NCBI GenBank assembly: GCA_049297675.1
Contig: JBAQUS010000004.1
Location: forward strand, 13,188 to 77,187
DNA: 64,000 bases
Reading direction: 5' to 3'
From: Minisyncoccia bacterium
GTDB lineage: Bacteria > Patescibacteriota > Minisyncoccia > Phycocordibacterales > DATDWN01
A model generated the notes under the pieces. The model made no database searches. It was not told the origin of the DNA and saw nothing but the letters and a program-made list of their open reading frames with translations. Position numbers and translations under genes: made by a program. This document shows positions 38,751 through 48,040 of the stretch, in pieces. Each line of letters opens with the position of its first letter. Positions within the stretch are counted from its first letter, which is position 1.

Positions 38751-39599
38751 TTATTGAGTTACAGTTTTCTTTTCGGATACTGTCTCAGTAAGACTATTTA
38801 GCTCATTTTTTAATACTGAAATTGGTGTAAAAATCCTAGTTTCGTTGTTTGAAAGTTTTATCCCAACAACATCACCAGAGAGATTAAATATCGGACTACC
38901 AGATACCATATCCCTTGAAGTAATATCAGTATTTATACTTGATATAACTTTTACTGTTGAAGTCCCAACACCAGAATCTTTGGTTGAAAGTGATGTAACT
39001 CTGCCTACTGTGACCGAGTTATCCGAAGTACCACCAAGACCTATAAGAGTCTGCCCGAGCTTAACTTCTGCTTCTGATATTACACTCGGCTCTAGATTTA
39101 TTTCCGATTTCTCAGGTAGGTTAGCTAGAAATAAAATAAAGTTTGTCTGTTTATCAATACCTTGGGGAATAATTTCAACAACTTCCCCATCGCTTAGTTC
39201 CGCAGAATATTTGTTTGTCTTCAAAACAGTTTTTCTGTCAGTAGCTATGCCCCCTCCGCCAATTATTATTCCTATCCCGTAAAAACTAGCCTCTTCTGTG
39301 AAAGGATTTCTCTCCCTTATCCTGACAACACTTTTTAAATTTTTGTTGATCGAATCTATTATTCTGTCTTCTTCCTTAACTACAACAGTAGTTATCTCCT
39401 TTTGGTTCGACTGAATGATGGACGGCGTTGCTGGCACGATCGTCTCAACAGTCTTTTCCACAATACTGTTTATGTTTCGTGTTATTTCTATCGGAGCCTC
39501 TTGAAGAAGAGCATTAGTCATTATTCCTGTGGCAATCGAGGTGACAAAACTAACAAGAAGTGTCAGCAGTACAATCTGATTTTTGTTAAGGTCCTCCAT
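38751..39599 (-). CDS. membrane-anchored trypsin-like (HtrA/S1C-like) serine protease homologue without PDZ; catalytic His not evident
   Basis: N-terminal TM. GxSGxP-like VSGSPIFN and a Gly-rich beta-barrel region. The expected TNxHV His region reads TDRKTV, so it may be non-catalytic. Confidence 0.45.
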   Translation of the reverse strand: MEDLNKNQIVLLTLLVSFVTSIATGIMTNALLQEAPIEITRNINSIVEKTVETIVPATPSIIQSNQKEITTVVVKEEDRIIDSINKNLKSVVRIRERNPFTEEASFYGIGIIIGGGGIATDRKTVLKTNKYSAELSDGEVVEIIPQGIDKQTNFILFLANLPEKSEINLEPSVISEAEVKLGQTLIGLGGTSDNSVTVGRVTSLSTKDSGVGTSTVKVISSINTDITSRDMVSGSPIFNLSGDVVGIKLSNNETRIFTPISVLKNELNSLTETVSEKKTVTQ

Positions 39600-39629
39600 A
39601 TATGCTGCATAATATCATTTCTTTTTATA

Positions 39630-40778
39630 ATGGTAAACGACTACATTTATGATAGTATAAAATGTATGAGTTTTGAATTACATACAATTGAAAATCCGAG
39701 TAGTCGAGATGACCAAGGTCACTTAAGTAGAAAGTTGGAAAAAATTAATCCTGGGAGAGACAGGGTTGAGGCTTTTAGAGTAGCCCGAGAAAGAATTCTC
39801 GGTAACCCTGATCTATACGAGAAATTTATAAAAGGCTTCATAAAAAGCAGTGATTCAATCCCTGTTGAGCTTGCCAGTGTACAAAATGAATTTCTATCAA
39901 ACTGTGTTGAATTATCTGATCAAGAGATAGACTCTCTGGTTAGACAATTCAACAAGGGATTAGCAGATTATCTAATAAAAAATTATGCAAAATTAGGAAT
40001 AGACTCGCAAAGAAAGGAGCATCTACTTTCTTCTCTTGATAGCCTTGGGATGAATTCAGTAGGAATAATTAGTGCAGTTGAATACATTAGGTCCAGAAAA
40101 AAACTATTCGAATTGGGTCCTGAACAGGATTATGGTTTTTATTTCGAGGATAGTCTAGATGCTAGATATAAAATTGATCTAATTGAAGTTTTATATTTGG
40201 ACGGGAAAGTAAATTCAATGAATTTAGTACAAATTAAATCGCGTAAACCCGATGACAACGAGATAGAAAAAATATTAGATGACCATAGGAGTTGGGTAGC
40301 AAGTTCTATGATGGATTTAGAGACTTTTGAGAGAGAATACACTGACGGTATTCCTGATAATTTGACTATAGAAATCATGTTAGAAAATGCTCAAGATGTC
40401 GAGGATTTACTTGTGGATGTCTGTACTGATCCAGACGGATTTAAACCTGATAAATTCATTGAAAAATTAGATCTGGGAAATCTAAATAACAAACAAAAAG
40501 CGTGGTTGCTACTTAAATACGGAAAAATCATGATTGAAAAAATTGCTAGTGCTGTCAAAAACCAAGTTCTTGATGCTAATCAAGCTGAAGAAATACTAGG
40601 AGCACTTAGCAAACTAACAAATAAAGTTATTGCAAAAGCAAAACTTCCAAAAAATTTTTCAACAGTAAGAAATATAAACTCAGTAATTGCTGTTGGTCCT
40701 GAGATTATTCGTGAAGAAAGAATACATGGAGATAGTATTTCAGACATACATAAAAAAGTTGTCGGTCTAAGTAATTGA
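39630..40778 (+). CDS. hypothetical protein
   Basis: Start set at MVNDYIYDSIKCMSFEL (ATG ~39630). The track ORF starts at 39402 but overlaps the convergent upstream gene. No recognisable motif. Confidence 0.4.
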   Translation: MVNDYIYDSIKCMSFELHTIENPSSRDDQGHLSRKLEKINPGRDRVEAFRVARERILGNPDLYEKFIKGFIKSSDSIPVELASVQNEFLSNCVELSDQEIDSLVRQFNKGLADYLIKNYAKLGIDSQRKEHLLSSLDSLGMNSVGIISAVEYIRSRKKLFELGPEQDYGFYFEDSLDARYKIDLIEVLYLDGKVNSMNLVQIKSRKPDDNEIEKILDDHRSWVASSMMDLETFEREYTDGIPDNLTIEIMLENAQDVEDLLVDVCTDPDGFKPDKFIEKLDLGNLNNKQKAWLLLKYGKIMIEKIASAVKNQVLDANQAEEILGALSKLTNKVIAKAKLPKNFSTVRNINSVIAVGPEIIREERIHGDSISDIHKKVVGLSN

Positions 40779-40819
40779 TAAATAGACCAAATAATGATAT
40801 AAAATAAGTGGAGTCAGAC

Positions 40820-40969
40820 ATGAAAAAATCATCCTTACCTGGTCTTAAATCAATATCAGTGAATAATAAACCCACGGATAGAGGAGTGGCTAAGGTCAGG
40901 CTTGAAAAGGCGCGTGCTGAGTTCGAACGTCGCTTAGATCGTGTATTGAACGAAGGTAAGAAAAAGTGA
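40820..40969 (+). CDS. possible small basic protein (49 aa), hypothetical
   Basis: ATG..TGA ORF MKKSSLPGLKSISVNNKPTDRGVAKVRLEKARAEFERRLDRVLNEGKKK in an otherwise empty 230-bp gap. Below the track's size cutoff. Confidence 0.25.
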   Translation: MKKSSLPGLKSISVNNKPTDRGVAKVRLEKARAEFERRLDRVLNEGKKK

Positions 40970-41008
40970 GGGTTACTACCAGTATGCCTTGGTGGTAGCC
41001 CTTTTCGT

Positions 41009-42217
41009 TTATTTAAAAATCTTTTTCAAGACAGAAACAAGCTCATCAATATCCCTCTTTGTGCTTTCCCTTCCTAGAGTAAACCGAAGAGAAGACATTT
41101 TGCATTCCTCCTTTCCGAGAGCCTCAACCACATACGAAGATGAATCCTCTTTTAGTGTTCGACAAGACGATGAGTATGAAGCTGAAATCCCTGCGACATC
41201 TAGTGAGATGACCCCAAACTCTGCATCCAAACCCGGAAAACAAATATTAATGTTGTTTGGAAGTCTTTCCTCCTTTGAGCCATTTAGACTAGTCTTCGGA
41301 AAGGTATTGAGAATTTTCTCAATTTCATAATCTCTAATTTCTTTAAGTCTAGTGGATTCGCTTTCTTTCATTTTTTCTGCAATTTCCAATGCCTTAGCAA
41401 ATCCTATTGCACTTGAAACGTTCTCCGTGCCACTCCTAAGCCCTCCCTCTTGTCCTCCGCCGAAAATAATAGGTGATATTTCTACTCCATTCTTTACAAA
41501 CAGAACTCCAGTGCTTCTCGGACCATAAATTTTAATGCCATCAAGTGTCATCATATCCACACCAAGTTTCAAAACGTTTACATCGAGATAAAGTGGTGCT
41601 TGGCAGGCATCTGTATGAAAATAAGGATACTCGGTGTTGTTCTTTATCCTAAAATCCTTAATCACTTTGCTGATTTCCTTTATTGGTTGGATTGTTCCAA
41701 TCTCATTGTTTGCGTACATTATTGAAACCAGAACAGTCTCTTTTTTTATTGCATCTCTTATGTCCTTAATTGAAACTAATCCCTCGGAATTTACTGAAAG
41801 TTTTGTCACCTCTCCTCCTCTTTTTTCTATTTCACTAAAAACTTCCAGGACAGACGGATGCTCGATTTGTGAAGTAATGAAATGTGGTCTAGAAATAAAA
41901 CTTTTGCTTTTTTCAAAAACTCCTAAAATAGTCATATTGTTTCCCTCAGTCCCACCACTGGTGAAATAAATAGATTTACTTTGAGTGCTTAGAATTTCTG
42001 CAACCTTTCTTCTAGCTTTTTCAAGATTTTCCTTTGCCGTAATTGCCTGACTGTAAAGTGCAGAAGGGTTAGCAAAAATTTTCTCTTCATATTCACGCAT
42101 TACTCTCACTACTTCCTTGTCTATGGGAGTGGTCGATGCATAATCTAAAAAAATCCTCTCTTTTTTACCTAATAAATTAAATAAATTCATGATTTTATGA
42201 TACAGATTATTTTGCAA
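41009..42217 (-). CDS. cysteine desulfurase (class V aminotransferase, NifS/IscS-like)
   Basis: DYASTTPIDKEV...SGGTEGNN...HTDACQAP...PLP-Lys region. C-terminal Cys loop SSSCRTLKEDSSYV. Confidence 0.85.
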   Translation of the reverse strand: MQNNLYHKIMNLFNLLGKKERIFLDYASTTPIDKEVVRVMREYEEKIFANPSALYSQAITAKENLEKARRKVAEILSTQSKSIYFTSGGTEGNNMTILGVFEKSKSFISRPHFITSQIEHPSVLEVFSEIEKRGGEVTKLSVNSEGLVSIKDIRDAIKKETVLVSIMYANNEIGTIQPIKEISKVIKDFRIKNNTEYPYFHTDACQAPLYLDVNVLKLGVDMMTLDGIKIYGPRSTGVLFVKNGVEISPIIFGGGQEGGLRSGTENVSSAIGFAKALEIAEKMKESESTRLKEIRDYEIEKILNTFPKTSLNGSKEERLPNNINICFPGLDAEFGVISLDVAGISASYSSSCRTLKEDSSSYVVEALGKEECKMSSLRFTLGRESTKRDIDELVSVLKKIFK

Positions 42218-42240
42218 ATGACAACAAATTATGACATACT

Positions 42241-42717
42241 ATGGAAATGTCATTTGATCTACTAACTATAATTTATATTACTTTAGTAATACTTGTAGTT
42301 TTAGTTGGATGGATTATAAGACTTGAAATAAAGTTAGGAAGGCTACTTTTGGGTAAAAATGCCAAAACGCTTGAAGACAGCATCTTTTTTGCCAAGGATA
42401 ATCTTGAAAAACTTAACAATTTCGAGAAGAAAACTTTGGAAAATTTCTCCCAAATGGAGAAGAAACTTAAAAGAAGCGTGCAGGCTGTTGAAACAATCCG
42501 TTTTAATCCCTTTAAAGGAAATGGGGATGGTGGAAGTCAGAGTTTTTCCACTTCTTTTTTATCTGAAGACGGAAACGGAGTGGTCATTTCCAGTCTATAT
42601 TCAAGAGATAGGGTCAGTATTTTTTCGAAACCACTTCAAAAGTTTGAGAGTAGTTTCGAACTAACGGGTGAAGAAAAAGAAGTGGTAGAAAATTCTAAGA
42701 AAGTTTTAGTAAATTAA
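42241..42717 (+). CDS. hypothetical membrane-anchored protein (DUF4446-like)
   Basis: N-terminal TM LLTIIYITLVILVVLVGWII, then a coiled-coil and a C-terminal domain. Confidence 0.35.
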   Translation: MEMSFDLLTIIYITLVILVVLVGWIIRLEIKLGRLLLGKNAKTLEDSIFFAKDNLEKLNNFEKKTLENFSQMEKKLKRSVQAVETIRFNPFKGNGDGGSQSFSTSFLSEDGNGVVISSLYSRDRVSIFSKPLQKFESSFELTGEEKEVVENSKKVLVN

Positions 42718-42751
42718 TGCCAGATGGTCATGAACCAGCCCAAACACTGCT

Positions 42752-44257
42752 ATGAAAACAGAAAATCAAAATTCAGAAAAGCGTGGTCCTATCGTGGCTG
42801 TAATGGGTCATATTGATCATGGCAAGTCAACTCTCCTCTCTTTCATAAGAAAAAGTACTAAGCCTCTAGATGAAGCCGGAGGTATCACTCAACACATTTC
42901 TGCCTATGAAGTCCCCCACACAGACAAGGAGGGAAAAACAAGGAATATAACTTTTCTCGATACTCCTGGTCACGAGGCGTTTTCGGGAATAAGAAAAAGA
43001 GGGGCAAAAGTGGCTGATATAGCTGTTCTTGTTGTATCTGCAGAAGATGGAGTGAAACCTCAAACAAAAGAGGCACTGGAATCCATAAAGAACAGCAAAA
43101 CTCCATTCATTGTTGCTATAAATAAAATAGACAAGCCAGATGCAAACATAGAGAGAACTAAACAAAGTCTGGCAGAAAATGAAATTTATATTGAGGGATA
43201 TGGAGGAGATGTTCCATGTGTAAACATTTCAGCGAAGAACGGTGATGGCGTTGAAGATCTATTGGATATGATTATTCTAATTTCTGAACTTGAAAATCTT
43301 TCAGGAAACCCAGATGAAAACGCAGAAGGAATAGTAATAGAAAGTAATAGAGACTCCAAAAAAGGAATCTCTTCGACTTGTATAATAATTGATGGCAAAA
43401 TTCAAAAAGGAATGTATATTACTTCAGGAACCTCGAGTTCACCGGTTAGGATTATTGAAAACTTTCTTGGAAAACAAGTTGAATCAGCTCAATTTCCAAG
43501 CCCAGTAAAAATTATCGGTTGGGATTCGCTTCCAGAGGTTGGCGATAGTTTCCATGTTTGGAAAACAAGGGAAGAAGCAAGAGAAGCTGTACAGAAAGAG
43601 GTGGAAAATAAAAGCTCTAAGTCAATAAGTGGTGAGGACCTCAAATGTGAAAATTCCATAGCAATTGTAGTCAAGGCGGATACGGGTAGCAGTCTTGAAG
43701 CTATGATTGGTGAAATAAATAAACTTAGGCTTGAAAAAATATGTCCGGAAATTATTGCCTCAGGAATAGGAAATATTTCTGAAAATGATGTGAGACTTGC
43801 CGATGGTGGAAATAAAAAGGCTATTGTTGTTGGTTTCAATGTTGATACCGATTCTCTAGCAAAAAACTTATCGGAAAGAAACGGAACTCAAATAAAAACT
43901 TTCAACATTATTTATAAAATGAGTGAATGGTTAAGTAAGCTACTTATTGAAAACACGCCAAAGGAAAAAGTCTCTGAGAGCGTTGGTGTGGCTAAAATTT
44001 TGAAGATTTTTAGTAAAGTTCGTGACAAACAGATTGTCGGTGGGAAGGTTGAGAAAGGTAAAATCGATCTTGGCTCTCAAGTAAAAATTTTAAGGAGAGA
44101 GGCTGAAATTGCAGAAGGCAAAATAAGAGAGCTTCAAAGCCAGAAAAATCAAGTCAGTGAAGTCGTTGAGGGTAAAGAATTTGGAGCAATGATAGAATCA
44201 AAAATCGAAATAGTGCCGGGAGATAGGATTGAATGTTTTATTATTGTTGAAAAATAA
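42752..44257 (+). CDS. infB: translation initiation factor IF-2 (short form lacking the N-terminal extension)
   Basis: G domain VAVMGHIDHGKSTLL, DTPGHEAF, NKID, SAK. Followed by rbfA with a 1-nt overlap. Confidence 0.85.
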   Translation: MKTENQNSEKRGPIVAVMGHIDHGKSTLLSFIRKSTKPLDEAGGITQHISAYEVPHTDKEGKTRNITFLDTPGHEAFSGIRKRGAKVADIAVLVVSAEDGVKPQTKEALESIKNSKTPFIVAINKIDKPDANIERTKQSLAENEIYIEGYGGDVPCVNISAKNGDGVEDLLDMIILISELENLSGNPDENAEGIVIESNRDSKKGISSTCIIIDGKIQKGMYITSGTSSSPVRIIENFLGKQVESAQFPSPVKIIGWDSLPEVGDSFHVWKTREEAREAVQKEVENKSSKSISGEDLKCENSIAIVVKADTGSSLEAMIGEINKLRLEKICPEIIASGIGNISENDVRLADGGNKKAIVVGFNVDTDSLAKNLSERNGTQIKTFNIIYKMSEWLSKLLIENTPKEKVSESVGVAKILKIFSKVRDKQIVGGKVEKGKIDLGSQVKILRREAEIAEGKIRELQSQKNQVSEVVEGKEFGAMIESKIEIVPGDRIECFIIVEK

Positions 44258-44580
44258 TGAGTAACAGAAATCAAAGACTAAGTGAAATTCTAAGAGATTT
44301 AGGTGCCCGTTTTCTGCTTCTTAATGGAAACAAATCCTCGCTTTTAACCGTGACAAAATTGGAATTAACAAGGGATGGAAAAAATGCTACTATTTTCTTT
44401 ACGGTTTTTCCAAATAGTTTTGAAAAAACTGCTCTTGAGTTTGCCAAGAGAAAAAGAAGTGATTTTAGAGAATTCGTTAAGGAAAATTCAAAACTAGGAC
44501 ACCTCCCCCAGTTTGATTTTGAAATTGATCTAGGAGAGAAAAACCGTCAAAAAATTGACGGATTATTAAATGAAAAATGA
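44257..44580 (+). CDS. rbfA: ribosome-binding factor A
   Basis: Position directly after infB. RbfA-like N-terminus (NQRLSEILRDLGARFLLL) and length. Confidence 0.65.
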   Translation: MSNRNQRLSEILRDLGARFLLLNGNKSSLLTVTKLELTRDGKNATIFFTVFPNSFEKTALEFAKRKRSDFREFVKENSKLGHLPQFDFEIDLGEKNRQKIDGLLNEK

Positions 44581-44650
44581 CCTAGTCGCCAAGTGGTAAG
44601 GCAAAGCTCTGCAAAAGCTTTATACGGCGGTTCGATTCCGCCCTAGGTCT
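44579..44650 (+). tRNA. tRNA-Cys (anticodon GCA)
   Basis: Manual fold: acceptor gacctag/ctaggtc, anticodon stem aagct/agctt with loop CTGCAAA, T arm ggcgg-ttcgatt-ccgcc. Starts 2 nt inside the rbfA stop codon. Confidence 0.75.
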
Positions 44651-44719
44651 CCCTAAAACATTTACACAGTAAGTGTTTGGGTGAACAATTCATCCAGAGA
44701 GTTGTTGTAACCAAATTTT

Positions 44720-44801
44720 GCTCGGGTGGCGGAACTGGTATACGCGTTCGACTTAAAATCGAATCCCGAAAGGGGTATGGGTTCGATTCCCATCCCGAGC
44801 A
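44720..44801 (+). tRNA. tRNA-Leu (anticodon TAA), type II
   Basis: Acceptor gctcggg/cccgagc, anticodon stem ttcga/tcgaa with loop CTTAAAA, long variable arm, T arm atggg-ttcgatt-cccat. Confidence 0.8.
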
Positions 44802-44850
44802 CAAAATTGAAATAAACTAAAATTAATGTTATAAATTTAAAGTAAAATTT

Positions 44851-44923
44851 GCGCCTATAGCTCAGCTGGTAGAGCAGATCCCTCTTAAGGATAAGGTCCC
44901 AGGTTCGATCCCTGGTGGGCGCA
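44851..44923 (+). tRNA. tRNA-Lys (anticodon CTT)
   Basis: Acceptor gcgccta/tgggcgc (one G-U), D arm gctc-agctggta-gagc, anticodon loop CTCTTAA, T arm ccagg-ttcgatc-cctgg. Confidence 0.75.
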
Positions 44924-45119
44924 CAAGCCGAAATAATCTAAACTGCTTTAGATTATTTCGGACTTGTGCGCAACCAGAATATACCTTTAGGTGATTCTGG
45001 TTGAGGTTTCGGGCTTGTGCGTTATTAAAACATGTTTACTAAATAGTTTGAATCGTGGTTTCAAATTTGTGTGTGAAAGTAAGATAGCAATATAATGTTT
45101 TAGTTTCAAGTTAACAATT

Positions 45120-45203
45120 GGGCGAGTGGCGTAACAGTAGCCGCGCCAGTCTTAGGAACTGGTCCCGTAAGGGGTGGAGGTGCGATTCCTCTCTCGCCCA
45201 CCA
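45120..45203 (+). tRNA. tRNA-Leu (anticodon TAG), type II, CCA encoded
   Basis: Acceptor gggcgag/ctcgccc, anticodon stem ccagt/actgg with loop CTTAGGA, long variable arm, T arm ggagg-tgcgatt-cctct, then ACCA. Confidence 0.8.
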
Positions 45204-45490
45204 ATAAGGAACTAAAGGGTTCTGAATGCGAACCCAAGCGGAACGCCCGAAGGGCGTGCCAAGGATTTTCGCCTGATTCTGCAAGAGAATTCGGGAATTT
45301 TGGTGTGCAAGCGTGCAAGGTTTTTTCGTCGAGACGCAGGTTCGAGCCAAAGATTTCTTTGGCATAGACCTTTTTAGTAAAAAGATCTGAATCAGAAGCG
45401 ATTCTGTCCAATGATTCCGCGTCTTTTAGCCATTGTTGGAAAGGTGCGAGCCAATCATTCTACTTGTGTGAAAGAGAGGTCATTTCTCAT

Positions 45491-45515
45491 CTGTCAAACA
45501 TCCGATGTTTGACAG
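45491..45515. repeat. REP-like palindrome ctgtcaaacatcCgatgtttgacag (copy 1 of 3 around RAYT-1)
   Basis: Palindrome tgtcaaacatc-N-gatgtttgaca, also seen at ~46022-46046 and ~46241-46277. Confidence 0.65.
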
Positions 45516-45555
45516 TAAGTTAGGGGTAGATTATTACCGAAAATGTTAAAACTTT

Positions 45556-46215
45556 TTATACTTCAAAAGTTTTGGTGTCAGCTTTTACCCCGCTATTTTT
45601 TACAAATTTATAATATTCATATTTATCCTCAAATTGGTCTAATACTACTTCCCTTTTTAATATTTCCTTCCAACGATTTTCTGTAACGTAATCCTGATAG
45701 CTAGACCACTCATATTTTTCTGGATTATTACTCCAATGTGAAAGCTCTTTTGGATTTAAATGAACATACGCAGATAAATGTAGTAGTTGTTCATTACTTT
45801 CAACATGAACTGCTTTATACGGACCTTCAAAAAGATGCCCCGAAATTTTATATTTAGTATTGAAGTATTTTGTATACGAGTTAAGTACACGTTGCATATA
45901 TTTCCCAGTTCCACCTTCTTCATTTTCACGAACTATTAGATGAAAATGGTTAGTCATCATCGCAAAAGAAACTAGGTCAACGTATCTTTTCGAAATTATC
46001 TTTTCGTAATCATCACTGTTAATGTCAAACATCCGATGTTTGACATAATTCGAGATCATTCTTGAAACTTGAGGAAAAATAACATTTGCTTGAAAGTATA
46101 AAATGAGAAATAAAAATCTAATTCTATCTCTATCATCCTTGAAGATGATTTTCTTCCCAACTCCCCGATTATATATATGATAGTGTTCCCCAATTTCAAT
46201 ATTATCTCTTCTCAT
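45556..46215 (-). mobile_element. REP-associated tyrosine transposase (RAYT; IS200/IS605 TnpA-like HUH Y1 transposase)
   Basis: HYHIYNRGVGKKIIF, HUH motif MMTNHFHLIV, GHLFEGPYKAVHVESNEQLLHLSAYVHLNP (catalytic Tyr region). Flanked by, and containing, cognate REP palindromes. Confidence 0.8.
46022..46046. repeat. REP-like palindrome atgtcaaacatcCgatgtttgacat located inside the RAYT-1 coding sequence
   Basis: 25-bp perfect palindrome (single central base) seen in the sequence. Confidence 0.6.
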
Positions 46216-46240
46216 AACCTCTCATCCTACATGGACAACT

Positions 46241-46277
46241 ATCCATCTGTCAAACATCGGATGTTTGACAGATGGAT
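46241..46277. repeat. 37-bp REP palindrome atccatctgtcaaacatcGgatgtttgacagatggat, upstream of RAYT-1
   Basis: Perfect palindrome. Central base G versus C in the other copies, i.e. the opposite orientation. Confidence 0.65.
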
Positions 46278-46372
46278 AAGATCGATTATTAGAAAGGCTT
46301 GTGATTTTTTTAAAATCGATCTTGTTGCAAATAACGGCTTAATGGTGGGGGTTTTTTGACGACACCCTTGAC

Positions 46373-46401
46373 TTGACTTTTGGATTTAATTGTGATAGAA
46401 T
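46373..46401 (+). promoter_or_regulatory. near-consensus sigma70-type promoter (TTGACT - 17 bp - TGaTAGAAT extended -10) for the GC-rich SPFH-like gene
   Basis: ttgacttttggatttaattgtgatagaat seen in the sequence. Inference only. Confidence 0.4.
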
Positions 46402-46499
46402 GGTGAGCAGAACGGGAGCGGCAATTCTTGCCCCTTTCGTCGCTCCTTGACACTCTAGTTTTTAGTTTACAAGCGCTTAAATGCGCAGAAGAGGTTAGC

Positions 46500-48038
46500 A
46501 TGTTTTACACTATCGCAATTTCCGTTCTCGTTGCAGTGACAATCTCGGTCCTGATCGTCGTCGGTTGGCTTATCTTCCGTGTCGTACAGACACGGAGGAG
46601 GACACCAGTCATTCATGATTGGGCGCGGAGGGATGATAGTCGCGAGACGACACCCTCCCCGACTCCTACCACGACATCCGGAATTGATGTCGACCTCACA
46701 CTGAATCCTCCCCGCCATACTCCGAAAGGAAATAGCGGAAGAGAACCCGAACCGTTGCCTCCATGTAAATGGAAAAAAGGCACGTTTCGTATCATCTACT
46801 GGGCGGTAATAATTCCGCTCGGAATGATATCTGTCTTCGTTCTGGAGTGGGGTATCCTATCGGGTCTGCCACTCACGTGGAATACCCTGTTGGAATTCAA
46901 CGCAACTTCAGTTGGGCTGACCCTTGTTGTTCTCTGGGTAGCCTACTTCTTGGACACATTCAAGATCGTCAAGTTCAATGAACTCGGCGGTCGTGTGGTA
47001 CTTGGTAGTTTCGAGTCCTACTCTGACGGGATAACTCTCGCACCGAGATGGATTACCGATCTGGTCAAGGTAACGAGAGCAACTGAAGAACTTGATCAAC
47101 CTCACAGTGACCCGTCAAAAATTTTCTGGGGAGACCTAAGCAAACTTCCAGACGGGAAAATCCCGGACGGTATGGTACTACCAATTCGTGTGCCATTCCT
47201 CCAGAGGTCAAGCGATGAAGACTTCGAAGTTCGCTGGCCACTTGAAACAGGAGAGGTCAAAACCAGAATTACAAAGGGCTATGACCTTCTTAGTGCAACG
47301 GATGCTCCTGTCGAGTATTCGATCGGAATCAGATTCATCGACATCCAACGTGTTATCGTTCGACTCAGGTCACTCAAAGCAGCCTACGACTTGGCAACAG
47401 ACTATGCAGAGACGCTCATAACGGGCACTTTGCAGAAAATGTCCGCTGCCGAAGCCCAAGTACTGAAACAGGAAATTTCAGTACATCTTGAGGAACAGAC
47501 GGACAACCGTGTTTTCCAATCGTACGGCTTCGTGATCGACTTCGTGACTTTGAAGTCAATCGGGACTTCGCACACAATCGCGGAATCGCGAGCGCAGGCG
47601 GCAGCAGCTGTCAACCTTGCGAATAAAACGGTTAGAGACGCAAAAGCTACAGCTAAGGCAACCGAACTTCAAGGTGCTTCTGTGGCTGGAGCTGAATTGG
47701 CACTACTCAACGCGAGGTCAGTAGGACTACGCAACATCGTCGACGCTGCGACTTCACGGTCAGGGGGAGTTGAACTCGCCAAAGCTATGGAAGCGGCACG
47801 CGCTATTCAGTTTGGCGCAGATTCGACAGTTGTTGTCCCAGGTGGAAACACTGGGGACGGTCTCGGACTCTTTGGCGCAGCGGTCGGTACAGCAATTAGT
47901 GCTTCGGCCGCACTTGGGAGAAAACCAGCTGGTGAAAAAGCTCTAACAGAGACCCAACCAGCACAACCAACAACTACTACAACACCCCCTGCACGTGGCG
48001 ACAGACGTGGCCATAAGAAAGGGGGTAAGAGGAGTTAG
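46500..48038 (+). CDS. GC-rich membrane protein with SPFH/band-7 (stomatin/flotillin-like) core and Ala-rich C-terminal tail
   Basis: Start taken at MFYTIAISVLVAV (TM). FKIVKFNELGGRVVLGSF...ITLAPRW resembles the SPFH start. AESRAQAAAAVNLANKTVRDAKATAKATELQGAS is an Ala-rich coiled region typical of HflK/flotillin tails. ~50-55% GC against a ~35% background. Confidence 0.4.
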   Translation: MFYTIAISVLVAVTISVLIVVGWLIFRVVQTRRRTPVIHDWARRDDSRETTPSPTPTTTSGIDVDLTLNPPRHTPKGNSGREPEPLPPCKWKKGTFRIIYWAVIIPLGMISVFVLEWGILSGLPLTWNTLLEFNATSVGLTLVVLWVAYFLDTFKIVKFNELGGRVVLGSFESYSDGITLAPRWITDLVKVTRATEELDQPHSDPSKIFWGDLSKLPDGKIPDGMVLPIRVPFLQRSSDEDFEVRWPLETGEVKTRITKGYDLLSATDAPVEYSIGIRFIDIQRVIVRLRSLKAAYDLATDYAETLITGTLQKMSAAEAQVLKQEISVHLEEQTDNRVFQSYGFVIDFVTLKSIGTSHTIAESRAQAAAAVNLANKTVRDAKATAKATELQGASVAGAELALLNARSVGLRNIVDAATSRSGGVELAKAMEAARAIQFGADSTVVVPGGNTGDGLGLFGAAVGTAISASAALGRKPAGEKALTETQPAQPTTTTTPPARGDRRGHKKGGKRS

Positions 48039-48040
48039 TC

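Noticed and set aside
45106-45411. Minus-strand ORFs (101 and 84 aa) just downstream of the tRNA cluster
   Set aside because: Both run straight through tRNA-Leu(TAG) (45120-45203). No RBS or motif. Treated as translation artefacts of the GC-rich island edge.
46310-46795. Several minus-strand ORFs (60-83 aa) antisense to the GC-rich SPFH-like gene
   Set aside because: High GC content inflates spurious ORFs, and they overlap a gene with TM and domain support.
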